A DNA stretch of 64,000 bases, taken from Candidatus Micrarchaeota archaeon. GTDB taxonomy: Archaea > Micrarchaeota > Micrarchaeia > Micrarchaeales > CABMGC01. This document shows, one piece after another, positions 36,746 to 46,614 of the stretch. The first letter of the stretch is position 1, and each line of letters begins with the position of its first letter. The notes below the pieces were generated by a model. It saw only the letters and a list, made by a program, of their open reading frames with translations, was not told the DNA's origin and made no database searches. The DNA is taken from positions 9,378-73,377 of the forward strand of contig DAHXMW010000001.1 of assembly GCA_027371545.1 (NCBI GenBank), written 5' to 3'. A program made the position numbers and the translations under genes.

Positions 36746-37969
36746 CTAAGCTCTGATTAAGTTTATAAACGCATCAGTCTGGAAACTGTATATTGCACCT
36801 ACCGTCCATGCCTGCGGGTCGCATGCTCTGGTCTCCATACGCTCCATTCCTATAAGCCTCCCATTAGCATCCACGCCATAATACTCAGGGAAAGTGCCTA
36901 TCTCCCTATAAGCCTTAAGGATGGTTCTTTTTATCCGCTCATATTCTAAGTCAAGCCCAATTCTCCTGAGTCCTTGAGCAATTATCCAGTTATCATGCGG
37001 CCATACGGATCCGTTTTGGTAATTGTAAGGGTTGAAGGTATCAGAGAAAGAGGATTCGGTTCTTATCCCGTATGATGTAAACATATCCTTTTTCAGGAGC
37101 CTTCTTGCGACAGCAATGGCGCTTCCCCTGTCTAATATGCCAGTAAACAGAAGTTGCCCTGGATTGCTGGTAACCGTTTCTACAAGCCTGTCAGAGCCAT
37201 CGAGTGCGATACCATAATAACCCCTCTTATCCGACCAGAATCTACTGATGTTTGATTTTATCTCCGCCGCCATTGTCTCGGTGTCATATTCTTGCCTTGC
37301 CCTATCAATCCCCAGCGCGCTGCGGATAGCGCCAAAATACCTAAATGCCATATACGCATAACCCTGCACCTCTACAACAGCAATCCTTCCTTCAAGGTCT
37401 TCAAGCATATTGCCTATTCCGTCCTTCCAGCTTTGGGATGGTAAGCCTTCATTTGGATTTAATCTGCTGTACCTAAGGAATCCATCATGAAGCCCATAAT
37501 CAGCCATCCATCCAACGGCGCGCTCTATGTTGCCATATATTGACCTTATGAACTCAAGATCGCCTGTCTTATCCAGATATGCACCTGCACCTATTATGAA
37601 CAATGGTGTGCTGTCCACAGAGAAGTATGCAGGCTTGCCGCCATGGAGCCAGCGTATGCCCTTTTTGTATGCCTCAACTGAAGAGCCGCCTGGGAAGAAT
37701 TCGTGCAATATCTTGCCTGGTTCTTCGCCATTCTTAGCGTCTACTTTGGTGCCCTGGAGCTTTGCCAGCGCTTCCAGGGAGTGCTTCAGTATGCCGCTGT
37801 CGTAGCCAAGTAGCTGCATTCCAGATATTATGGAGTCCCTGCCGAATAGCTCCATGAATTTTGGATACCCGGCCCCAAGATAGCCATTTCCAGAGGCAAG
37901 CTTGGAAACTGCGGAATCAACGCTTTCTGCTTTAAATGGATGCTTCCTCAAAGCTGTGTTTGCCTGCAT
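36746..37969 (-). CDS. Amylo-alpha-1,6-glucosidase-like (alpha/alpha)6 glycoside hydrolase
   Basis: AG.P.F..LFGRDS, EEPGKI.HE, Y.S.D.TPLF, WKD, EVQGY, Y.NGSVWPHDN, PE, PQAW. Confidence 0.88.
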   Translation of the reverse strand: MQANTALRKHPFKAESVDSAVSKLASGNGYLGAGYPKFMELFGRDSIISGMQLLGYDSGILKHSLEALAKLQGTKVDAKNGEEPGKILHEFFPGGSSVEAYKKGIRWLHGGKPAYFSVDSTPLFIIGAGAYLDKTGDLEFIRSIYGNIERAVGWMADYGLHDGFLRYSRLNPNEGLPSQSWKDGIGNMLEDLEGRIAVVEVQGYAYMAFRYFGAIRSALGIDRARQEYDTETMAAEIKSNISRFWSDKRGYYGIALDGSDRLVETVTSNPGQLLFTGILDRGSAIAVARRLLKKDMFTSYGIRTESSFSDTFNPYNYQNGSVWPHDNWIIAQGLRRIGLDLEYERIKRTILKAYREIGTFPEYYGVDANGRLIGMERMETRACDPQAWTVGAIYSFQTDAFINLIRA

Positions 37970-37973
37970 AAAA

Positions 37974-39230
37974 TTACCGTATTATTACCTTGTCAGATAC
38001 GTCTACTATGCGGTCTATCCCGTATACTATGGGATTTCCGAAGCTTGTATTTATCACAAGCCTGCCATTCTTCACATCGACACTTGCGACCTTCCCTATT
38101 AGGGCGCCAAGCTCATTTATCACTTCCTTGTCCTTAAACCTCCTCTTTCTAAGTTCCCTTCTCTTTATGAGGTTTAGGGATGAGGCTATCGCCGCTTCTA
38201 TTATGACACCTATTACAATGTAATCCACAAGCTGACTGAAGTATATCTGCCCTATTATCCAAGCTATGAAAGAGTACGTAAGTATCCAGAATACTGCCGC
38301 AGCGCCCATGTAAGAACCATACTTGAGGCTCTTGAAATAGTATTTGGTCCTGCGCATGTCGATGAACCTGCCTACTATATATAGAGAGAGTATTATCGGG
38401 ACTATGAGCATGAATCCCTCTATCCCGTAGGAGATGGCCAGGAAACTATCTGCAGTTATCTTTAGCTCCTGAGCATAGCTTCCAACTCCGACGAAGATTG
38501 CAGAGACGAGAAAAAGCAGGGATCCCAAGTAAAACACGAAGCTGCTCCGTTCCGCGCTGAAACCGAATCCCCTAAAGGAATTTATCAGCATATCCTCAAA
38601 TCCGAAGCCCTTTACCATAAGATATGCGCCTATTATTATTACCGGAGGAATCCATCCGGCGCCAAGTAAGAAGCTCAGGGCCACCAACAGAAACAATATT
38701 CCCGGGAGCCCGAAGACTATCTTCGCGTAATGCGGTTCCTTCAGCTTCTCAAGTATTGTGAAATAAGCATTTTCTATATTCTCCGCCTGCTTTACCTTTA
38801 CCACGCGCACGCCGTTTATCTTTATCCGGGATTCTACTATGGGGAGAACCCTGTCATCACTTGCGCCGTCGGTTACGAATATGCATGCATCGGCCTTGTA
38901 CTGTCCAAGAACTATATCAAGCTGCCTGGCTATCTCCTTGTCTGCATCATATCCCTCCCTCTCGCTTCCGGTTATTGTTGCGATCTCCACTTCGTAGTCC
39001 TTCTCCTTAAGCGAATCGTAGAGTTTGACTGAATAAAACATCGCATTTCCGTCAGTATCCTGAGGATCGGCAAGCGCGAACTGCGAAGCTGCGCTGAGGT
39101 TCTGCACCCTTCCCAACAAGGGCCCGCTTATACCTGTCTTCCTATATAAATCGTTGTCTATATCCACTCCCAATATCAGCAGCCGCTCATCTTTGTTCTT
39201 GAAATTTGGCTCGCTTTTTTTGACAGGCAT
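37974..39230 (-). CDS. DUF373-family membrane protein with C-terminal PRC-barrel-like domain
   Basis: VDIDNDL..K.G, DP.D.D.N, V.DG..D, V.VKQ; tail K.VIN..G..IGKV..V. Confidence 0.8.
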   Translation of the reverse strand: MPVKKSEPNFKNKDERLLILGVDIDNDLYRKTGISGPLLGRVQNLSAASQFALADPQDTDGNAMFYSVKLYDSLKEKDYEVEIATITGSEREGYDADKEIARQLDIVLGQYKADACIFVTDGASDDRVLPIVESRIKINGVRVVKVKQAENIENAYFTILEKLKEPHYAKIVFGLPGILFLLVALSFLLGAGWIPPVIIIGAYLMVKGFGFEDMLINSFRGFGFSAERSSFVFYLGSLLFLVSAIFVGVGSYAQELKITADSFLAISYGIEGFMLIVPIILSLYIVGRFIDMRRTKYYFKSLKYGSYMGAAAVFWILTYSFIAWIIGQIYFSQLVDYIVIGVIIEAAIASSLNLIKRRELRKRRFKDKEVINELGALIGKVASVDVKNGRLVINTSFGNPIVYGIDRIVDVSDKVIIR

Positions 39231-39354
39231 CAAAATCATTACTCAGGCAACCTATATTATTTTTATGCATGGCGCTGTAGATAAGCGAAAAATGCGGAAA
39301 ACTGGGTTTCTTATATGTTTATAATTTTTTGTTCTGATACCATATAAGATAGAA

Positions 39355-39711
39355 ATGCTTCTTGGTATAAAGCGGATATACGACAAGGCGGAAATAACCG
39401 AAGGCAAGAGGGTCCTTGTCGATAGGCTGTGGCCTAGGGGCGTAAAGCGCAGCACATCAAATATAGATGTCTGGCTTAAGGATGTAGCTCCGAGCACAGA
39501 ACTTAGAGAATGGTTCTCCCACGATCCTGAAAAGTGGGAAGAATTCAAGGAGCGGTACAGAAAAGAGCTCAAGGACAACAAGGCATTCGACGAACTGGTT
39601 AAGATGGCGAGAGAGGGTGACATAACCCTTATATATTCGTCTAAGGATGAGAAGCACAACAACGCCGAGGTCCTGCAGGAAGAGATACAAAAAGCGCTCA
39701 GCCACTCTTAA
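39355..39711 (+). CDS. DUF488 (YeaO-like) family protein
   Basis: KRIYD, RVLVDRLWPRG, W.KDVAPS.ELR.WF.HD, HNNA.VL. Confidence 0.92.
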   Translation: MLLGIKRIYDKAEITEGKRVLVDRLWPRGVKRSTSNIDVWLKDVAPSTELREWFSHDPEKWEEFKERYRKELKDNKAFDELVKMAREGDITLIYSSKDEKHNNAEVLQEEIQKALSHS

Positions 39712-40996
39712 GGTCCTCCATATTTGCAACTGCAAGGGGAATCAGCATCTCCTCCTTCGACATGCCACCATGATGGCCCCTGAAGGAAACCTTCCGCATG
39801 CCATTCTCCTTATGCATATACCAAACCATATTATTCTTCCGTGGCAGCGCCAGAACATCGCCAACCCTTGTTCTAAACTCTGTCTCAGGATTCCTGCCTC
39901 CAAAAAGCCCTTCGCCTATGGCATAATCCATGTCAACGAATTCCGCATCCTTTCCTAACTCTGATTTAAGATCATCTATTGTTTTTTCCTTCATGTCCTC
40001 CTTTATGTAAAGAAACATATCTCGCGGGCTTCCTGCCGGGGAGAGCCTCGTCCCATCCTTCTTCAGCCTGAAAGCGCTCTCAAGCCTCTTCTTGCCATTG
40101 AGGTATATTACTCTAGATGGGTCAACATCTATCTGACCGTGGTCCGCTGTTATGACTATCCTTGTCCTGCGCGCGTGCCTAGCCTCTGTCCGCTCCACAA
40201 GTCTCTTCATTGCAAAAGAGAAAAGCGCTATCTCGTTTTTCGCCTGGATTGACGAAGGCCCGTACTTGTGCTCTGCATCGTCTATGCCTGACCAATATAT
40301 GTAAAAGTATGATTTTCCGCTGGCCTTGCGTATGCCGTCCTCTATATTGGCAAGCATCTCTCCGAGTGATGAGTGTGGCATTATATCTGCCCCTTCAAAG
40401 AGTCTCTTAGAGTATACGCTTTTGCAGACTGCGGCCTTGAGCAGCGCATGGCTTTCTATTCCTTCTTCAGCGAATAGCTTTGAGAATGGTTTCCCCTTGA
40501 AGAGTTGCGATCCACTTATCTTTCCAGCAAGCTCATCAGGCTGTTCGGCGCCAAGTTTCCTGAAAGGCAGGGTCTCTATTATAGAGTCTGCCTTCTCCAT
40601 GTATATATTCCATTCGGCAAGAAGATGCTCGGAAGGGAGGAGGCCCGTGCTTACGGTAGTCAGCGCTGCTGCTGTTGTCGAAGGGAATACGCTGGTAAGC
40701 GGGCATACAAAGCCATTCCTATTCACCGAATCCACGAAAGGCTCACTGCCTGCTTCTCTCCAGCTTCTATAACCGAATCCGTCCACAAGGAAAAAAAGAA
40801 CAATCTCCGTTTCCTCCCCAATTCCGCTCTTGCTAATTATGTCGCTAGGAAGCTTCCTATGCTCGTATCCGCTTCCTAGGGACTGCGCAACAGTTGGCAT
40901 TACATTTGAAAGGCAGTAGCCGTCATAATCAGGCCTTACGAAATCGCCGAGGAATCTACTCTTAAGTATCTTATCCTCAGGCTTCTCGTATATCAC
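39698..40996 (-). CDS. AlkP-superfamily type I phosphodiesterase/nucleotide pyrophosphatase
   Basis: DGFG, SVFPSTTAAALT..TG, D..H..G, TADHG, GHHGG....EM.IP. Confidence 0.88.
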   Translation of the reverse strand: MIYEKPEDKILKSRFLGDFVRPDYDGYCLSNVMPTVAQSLGSGYEHRKLPSDIISKSGIGEETEIVLFFLVDGFGYRSWREAGSEPFVDSVNRNGFVCPLTSVFPSTTAAALTTVSTGLLPSEHLLAEWNIYMEKADSIIETLPFRKLGAEQPDELAGKISGSQLFKGKPFSKLFAEEGIESHALLKAAVCKSVYSKRLFEGADIMPHSSLGEMLANIEDGIRKASGKSYFYIYWSGIDDAEHKYGPSSIQAKNEIALFSFAMKRLVERTEARHARRTRIVITADHGQIDVDPSRVIYLNGKKRLESAFRLKKDGTRLSPAGSPRDMFLYIKEDMKEKTIDDLKSELGKDAEFVDMDYAIGEGLFGGRNPETEFRTRVGDVLALPRKNNMVWYMHKENGMRKVSFRGHHGGMSKEEMLIPLAVANMEDLKSG

Positions 40997-41044
40997 TCAA
41001 CCAACCTTGGAAACCAATCCGCAGCAGCTTCCGAAGAGAGCGCG

Positions 41045-41605
41045 TCATACGACTATCTTTCGCGCTTCAAACTTGCTTATCTGTGCGATGTTCTTTATCG
41101 CATTTACCCCGTCAGCCTGGAAGCTATTGTCGAGTGCTGCTTTTATGAATTCCTCAAGCGTGACTTTTGATGCGTACTCCGCAAAGAAAGCATCAAGAGC
41201 TTTTCTCATTGCTGTTTTCTTTGTAGTGGCTACCTTATTCCTTGTAACTATCATTGCTTTGAGCGTGAATGCCTTTCCCTCCTTATCCTTAAGCTGCTTT
41301 GTAATGTAAACAACGCTGGTATGTCTCCTTACAAGCGAATGCACGTATCCGTAGGTCTCTTCAAGGAACCCCAATTCCGTGTTTGCAGAGCTGCCGCTCG
41401 CCTTAGTAACCCTAAGGCCTACCACGAAGAAAGAGTGCTCCGGCTTGTTGGTAAGCCAGGACAAATTCACCTTTATCATCCTTCCGCCTACTAGCTTTTC
41501 ATCGTCGGCAGGTATCTCGCCTATGACATTCTCTCCAAAAAGCTTTGGGGAATAGACATTGAACCATTTCTTGTTCTTCCATTTTTCAGCAGATTTCTGA
41601 GCCAT
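41045..41605 (-). CDS. rps3ae: 30S ribosomal protein eS1 (S3Ae)
   Basis: KWK.K.W..V..P..F, Y..SLVRR; follows uS15. Confidence 0.92.
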   Translation of the reverse strand: MAQKSAEKWKNKKWFNVYSPKLFGENVIGEIPADDEKLVGGRMIKVNLSWLTNKPEHSFFVVGLRVTKASGSSANTELGFLEETYGYVHSLVRRHTSVVYITKQLKDKEGKAFTLKAMIVTRNKVATTKKTAMRKALDAFFAEYASKVTLEEFIKAALDNSFQADGVNAIKNIAQISKFEARKIVV

Positions 41606-41609
41606 CTAA

Positions 41610-42068
41610 TCAGTCACTCTTTATAAGCAGTGCAACCTTATCGGGTTCGTATTTCCAGTCAGAAGGGAGGTCACCAATCCTCTTGTAATATTTGGAAAGC
41701 CTCCATATCTTCGCTTCTATCCTGTTTAGCCTTGTCTTGTTGTGTACGTCATTGTGGTTCGTCTTAAGGTGATTTCTCAGCCCTACAGCTCTCTTGAGCA
41801 GGTCCATGAAATCCTGCGGCAACTCTGCCTTCTCATCCACATCAGCGAGTATCTCCTTGAGTCGCTTTCCGGTAGCGCTCTTAACATAAGGCACTCCGTG
41901 CTTCTCCTTCAATACCTGGCCTATCATGGCGTGATGCATTCCTTGTTTTGCGTACTCCTTCACGAGCTTGCGTATCTCCTTCTCGTCTATCTGGGCTTCC
42001 GCGGTAGTTGCAGAAAAGACCTTTCTTGACTTTGATTTACCCTTCTTCCTTGTATGCATTCTAGCCAA
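41610..42068 (-). CDS. rps15: 30S ribosomal protein uS15
   Basis: MARMH.RK.GKS.S, IE.KI.RL.KYYK, LP..WKY. Confidence 0.97.
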   Translation of the reverse strand: MARMHTRKKGKSKSRKVFSATTAEAQIDEKEIRKLVKEYAKQGMHHAMIGQVLKEKHGVPYVKSATGKRLKEILADVDEKAELPQDFMDLLKRAVGLRNHLKTNHNDVHNKTRLNRIEAKIWRLSKYYKRIGDLPSDWKYEPDKVALLIKSD

Positions 42069-42185
42069 TATAACACCAAAACTAACGTAGCAGCTAATGA
42101 TTACTAAATTATACAGATATTTAATACAGATAATATTAAAAGCCTTGCTGACATGAATCCGCGCCTGCAGAATATCGCAAAAAGC

Positions 42186-44555
42186 TCAGGGATGCAGGCT
42201 TATGCGTATCCCAAGCTCCTCTATCTTCTCCGAGCCTTCTCCAACCGAGATGTAAGATATATTCATAGCTCCTTTTATGTCTTCCTCGCCATCGCCTATC
42301 TTCTCACTCACTACAAGCTCCTTCACCTGCGCGTTGAGGGCCATCTTCATGTTATGTTTCAGTATCCTTACCGATTCCAGCACCTTTGCTATTTTCCATC
42401 CGTGCTCCAAAGCTTCCTTGTCATACGCGAACTCTGCAGATACCGGCCATTTAGATACGTGTATTGAAGCACAGCCATCAACCTTGGAATATCTCCTTAT
42501 ATATATCTCGTCAGTTACGTACGGCATGAACGGGGCAAGCATCTTTAGAACTGCGAGAAATATGCTGTCAAGATGCCGCCTTACGGACGCATCACTGCCA
42601 TACACTCTATACTTGACAAATTCCAAATAGTCATCGCAGAAAATCCAGAAGAATCTCTCCACTTCCCTCCTCGCAGCATAATAATCATACTGCTCGAACA
42701 GGGATGTGGCTTTCTCTATAGTTGCACTGCATAGGGAGAGTATCCATCTGTCCACAGCGTTCTTCCCTGCGCCTTCTTTTGCATCTGACGCTTCAGGATA
42801 GTTCATTGTTATGAAATTATTGACGTTCCATAGCTTGTTGATGAGCTTTGAACCTGCGACGAGTTCCTTCTCTTGGAAAGAAGCATCGCTTCCCGGTGAG
42901 GATGAGCTCGCCCACCATCTAAGTGCGTCAGCACCATACTTCTCGATTACTACCTTTGGCTCTACTATATTCCCAACAGATTTATGCATTGGTGCTCCCT
43001 TCGAGTCAAGCCCGTGCCCTGAGATAAGGGCGCTCTTCCACGGCAGCTTTCCCGTATGCAGGTAACTTTTTACTATCGTGGTGAAAAGCCAGAACGATAT
43101 TATATCGTGTGCCTGCGGCCTGAGGTCCATCGGGAAGATGCGCTCAAAGAGCGCGTTGTCCGTCTTCCACCTGGCATTTATCATAGGGGTAAGCGAGGAT
43201 GTCGCCCACGTGTCCATTATATCGGTCTCAGGTTCGAACGAGTCGCTTCCGCAAGCACATCTCTTTCCAGGCTGCTGCTCCAGCGGATTTACCGGAAGGG
43301 TATCAATATCGGCAAATATAGGCTCGCCGCATTCTTTGCAGTACCATACGGGAAACGGAACGCCATAGTAGCGCTGCCTAGATATGGACCAGTCCCACTG
43401 GAGCCCTGAGACCCAGTTCCTGTACCTCACTTTCATATACTCGGGATGCCAGTCCAGCTCTTCTCCAAGCTCTATAAGCTTATCCTTAAGATCAAGATAT
43501 CGTATATACCACTGCTTCTTTACAAGAAACTCTATCTCTGTGTTGCACCGCTCATGAACATTGACCGTGTGGACTATCTCCTTCTCATCCAGGACGAGCC
43601 CTTTCTCTTTAAGCTCCTTTACTATTTCCTCTCTTGCTTCGCGTATCTTCATGCCCTTATACTTTCCCAGGAGCATCCTTCCATCTTCGTCTATTGCAAT
43701 CCTGAGCTCAAGGTTGTAAGCCTTATACCATTCTATATCCGTGAGGTCACCGAATGTGCAACACATAACTACTCCAGTGCCCTTTTCAGGATCAACTCTC
43801 CTGTCCCCTATCACCTTTACCTTGTTTCCAAAAAGCGGGACAGTTACGTCCATGCCTATCTTTCCAGAGTTCTTTTCGTCTTTATCATTTACCATCACCG
43901 CCACGCATGCCGGGAGCAGCTCCGGCCTGGTTGTTGCTATCCGTATGCCATCAGAGAACTGTATCGTTATAAACTTGGACTTGAAGTCCATATCCTTAAG
44001 CTCCATCTGGGATATTGCAGTCTTGCACTTAGGGCACCATATCGAAGGGCTTTCCTTCCTATACGCTCGTTTTTCATTCGCAAGCATCAGGAATGAGAGC
44101 TGCGATATCCTCTGCACATCCTTACTTATTGTTGAATATCTGAGGGACCAGTCGACTGATATTCCTATCTGCGTCCATGTATTTCTGTACATCTCCTCAT
44201 ACTTCTTTGTCTCCTCCTCTACAAGCCTTGAGAACTTCTCCCTGCCCATCTCTTCTGCAGTTGTCTTGTAATTCTTTTCCACAAGCATTTCCGTGGGTAT
44301 CCCATTGTTGTCGAAGCCGAAAGGGTAAAAGACGTTATAACCGCGCATCCTCTTGTACCTGGCAACGAAGTCAGCCTGCGAGTATGAGTAAGCATGCCCT
44401 ACATGTATCAATCCGGATATTGTTGGTGGCGGCGTGTCTATTGCGTATACCTTGGCGTTGCTGCTTCGCACAAACTTATACACGCCATTGCGCTCCCACA
44501 ACTCGGCAAGCCTGGCTTCAACTTCCTTAAAATCATACTTTCCGCCCATAGGCAC
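42186..44555 (-). CDS. valS: Valine--tRNA ligase
   Basis: DTPPP.ISG..HVGH, ATTRPE, GTG.VM.CTFGD, W.ISRQR, MHKS. Confidence 0.96.
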   Translation of the reverse strand: MPMGGKYDFKEVEARLAELWERNGVYKFVRSSNAKVYAIDTPPPTISGLIHVGHAYSYSQADFVARYKRMRGYNVFYPFGFDNNGIPTEMLVEKNYKTTAEEMGREKFSRLVEEETKKYEEMYRNTWTQIGISVDWSLRYSTISKDVQRISQLSFLMLANEKRAYRKESPSIWCPKCKTAISQMELKDMDFKSKFITIQFSDGIRIATTRPELLPACVAVMVNDKDEKNSGKIGMDVTVPLFGNKVKVIGDRRVDPEKGTGVVMCCTFGDLTDIEWYKAYNLELRIAIDEDGRMLLGKYKGMKIREAREEIVKELKEKGLVLDEKEIVHTVNVHERCNTEIEFLVKKQWYIRYLDLKDKLIELGEELDWHPEYMKVRYRNWVSGLQWDWSISRQRYYGVPFPVWYCKECGEPIFADIDTLPVNPLEQQPGKRCACGSDSFEPETDIMDTWATSSLTPMINARWKTDNALFERIFPMDLRPQAHDIISFWLFTTIVKSYLHTGKLPWKSALISGHGLDSKGAPMHKSVGNIVEPKVVIEKYGADALRWWASSSSPGSDASFQEKELVAGSKLINKLWNVNNFITMNYPEASDAKEGAGKNAVDRWILSLCSATIEKATSLFEQYDYYAARREVERFFWIFCDDYLEFVKYRVYGSDASVRRHLDSIFLAVLKMLAPFMPYVTDEIYIRRYSKVDGCASIHVSKWPVSAEFAYDKEALEHGWKIAKVLESVRILKHNMKMALNAQVKELVVSEKIGDGEEDIKGAMNISYISVGEGSEKIEELGIRISLHP

Positions 44556-44715
44556 AAACCATCAAAGCAAGCTGTGCGCTTTTTCCGAACAAGCAGCACC
44601 AAACTAATCTTCAAGGCTTGCTAATATATTCCTTTCCTTACATGAAAACCAGATACGCCGTAAATACTTATCTCAATCAATATTAATCTTATCTTTGCAT
44701 ATCAGAACGAACAAG

Positions 44716-46497
44716 ATGAATAAAATCGCGTCCCTGCCATACATGAAGAAATGGTTCATAGTCGCATCTCTACTTGGAATTGTGTCGGGGATATCAGCAC
44801 TTGCGTTCTACTATGCAATAATAGCAGTGGAGCACATATTTCTTGGATCTTTTGTTGGGATGAGTATACCTCGCCCAGCAGGCGAGGGGGGCATCTCGGG
44901 TTTCGTATACGATGTCAAAAATTACTGGTACATACCCCTGAGCATAGTGATCGGGGGTATCCTGTCAGGCGCGATAGTATATAAGTTTGCCCCGGAGGCG
45001 GAAGGGCATGGTACCGACGCGGCGATAAAGGCGTTCCACTACGACCAGGGAAAGATCCGCCGCAGGATACCGCTTGTAAAAGGAATAGCCTCCGCAATAA
45101 CTATAGGCTCTGGAGGCAGCGCAGGAAGGGAAGGCCCAACGGCACAGATATCAGCAGGGATAGGCTCGTTTATAGCGGATACTCTCGGTCTAAGCGATAA
45201 TGATAGGAGGCTGGCAGTTGCGGTATGCATAGGCGCAGGGATAGGCACTATATTCAAGGCCCCCATAGGGGGGGCAATCCTTGCAGCAGAAGTGCTATAC
45301 AAGAGGGATCTGGAGACCGAGGTAATATACCCGTCAATAATAGCAAGCGCAATAGGGTATTCTATCTTCGGCTCTGTGGTAGGCTTCACCCCAATATTCG
45401 GCTACAATCTGGTGCCATTCAGCGTACTTCGCCTTCCTATGTATGCGATACTTGGCATTGTCACAGGCTTGCTTGCAATATTGTATATAAAGACGTTCTA
45501 TGGCGTTAATGGATTCTTCAATAAACTCAAGATAAGCAGGTATGCAAAGCCTGCGATGGGGGCATTTGTAGTAGGGATTCTTGCGCTCTTCTTCCCAGAG
45601 ATAATGGCCACAGGCTATGGGTGGGTCCAGATACTGATGAATGGGTCTTTGCAGCAGATCCCAACATTCGGCGCGCCGCTTCTCCTGATGCTTATACTTC
45701 TTCCGTTTGTGAAGATTATAGCTACTTCGTTCAGCATAGGTTCTGGAGGAAGCGGAGGTGTATTTGCGCCAGGTATAGAGATTGGCGCAAGCGCAGGGCT
45801 ACTTGTCTTCTTAATATTCCATGCCGTAAGTCCGACTCTTGCGGCAATAGCTGTGCCATTTGTAATAATAGGTATGCTCTCATTCTTCGGCGCGGCTGGA
45901 AAGGCGCCGATATCGGTGCTTATTATGGTGGTGGAGATGACAGGGAGCCTCCAGCTTCTTCCAGGTGCAATGATAGCCGTTCTGATAGCGTACTTCATAT
46001 CCGGTGACAATACCATATACCGTTCGCAGGTGCCTACAAGGAAGGATTCGCCTGTCCATTTTGGCGAATACAACGTCCCTATGCTCACGGGAATGACTAT
46101 AGAAGGCATAGGGTTGCATGACATATCAATAAGCCCTAAGTCAACAATATCCACTGCCATCAGGAATATGAAGGCGGAGGGTCTCGCTTCCCTCCCCGTG
46201 GTGGAGGGTGGGAAACTGATAGGCGTAGTCTACCTGTTGGACATAAACAATACCAGGGGCCCGGAGAGAATCAGGTCGCTAATGAGAACCGGGAGCACAT
46301 ACCTGAGGCTACATAATACTGCAGATGAGGCATGGGAGGTTATGGTAAAGAACAAGAGTACATGGGTCTCAGTTGTAGAGAAAGGCAAATATCTTGGTGT
46401 CGTTACGCTTGACAGCATACTAAAGCGCTACAAAAGCAAGATTGCATCGCTTCGCGGAACCCCAAAGCAGGCTAATGGGCCTTCCACTCCAAAATAA
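44716..46497 (+). CDS. ClC-family chloride channel/H+ antiporter with CBS pair
   Basis: GREGP, GGSGGVFAP, EMTG, IY..Q; C-terminal CBS repeats. Confidence 0.93.
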   Translation: MNKIASLPYMKKWFIVASLLGIVSGISALAFYYAIIAVEHIFLGSFVGMSIPRPAGEGGISGFVYDVKNYWYIPLSIVIGGILSGAIVYKFAPEAEGHGTDAAIKAFHYDQGKIRRRIPLVKGIASAITIGSGGSAGREGPTAQISAGIGSFIADTLGLSDNDRRLAVAVCIGAGIGTIFKAPIGGAILAAEVLYKRDLETEVIYPSIIASAIGYSIFGSVVGFTPIFGYNLVPFSVLRLPMYAILGIVTGLLAILYIKTFYGVNGFFNKLKISRYAKPAMGAFVVGILALFFPEIMATGYGWVQILMNGSLQQIPTFGAPLLLMLILLPFVKIIATSFSIGSGGSGGVFAPGIEIGASAGLLVFLIFHAVSPTLAAIAVPFVIIGMLSFFGAAGKAPISVLIMVVEMTGSLQLLPGAMIAVLIAYFISGDNTIYRSQVPTRKDSPVHFGEYNVPMLTGMTIEGIGLHDISISPKSTISTAIRNMKAEGLASLPVVEGGKLIGVVYLLDINNTRGPERIRSLMRTGSTYLRLHNTADEAWEVMVKNKSTWVSVVEKGKYLGVVTLDSILKRYKSKIASLRGTPKQANGPSTPK

Positions 46498-46580
46498 GAG
46501 CTGCCAGCCTCTTCATTGCGAAGGCTTAATATATAGAAACATTTAAATATCTTACTGCAACTTATTATATAGCTTATTTT

Positions 46581-46595
46581 AGAAAGGTTTAAAAA
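46581..46595 (+). promoter_or_regulatory. BRE-TATA upstream of tfb (possibly leaderless transcript)
   Basis: AGAAAGG-TTTAAAAA about 20 nt before ATG 46615. Confidence 0.55.
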
Positions 46596-46614
46596 ATTAA
46601 CCTGACGTTTAAGC

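Noticed and set aside
42101..42133. Short direct repeat ATACAGATA x2 upstream of rps15
   Set aside because: Only 9 bp in AT-rich promoter DNA; compatible with chance.
42940..43020. valS KMSKS variant (PMHKS) as a sign of pseudogenisation
   Set aside because: The second, catalytic Lys is kept and the ORF is intact.
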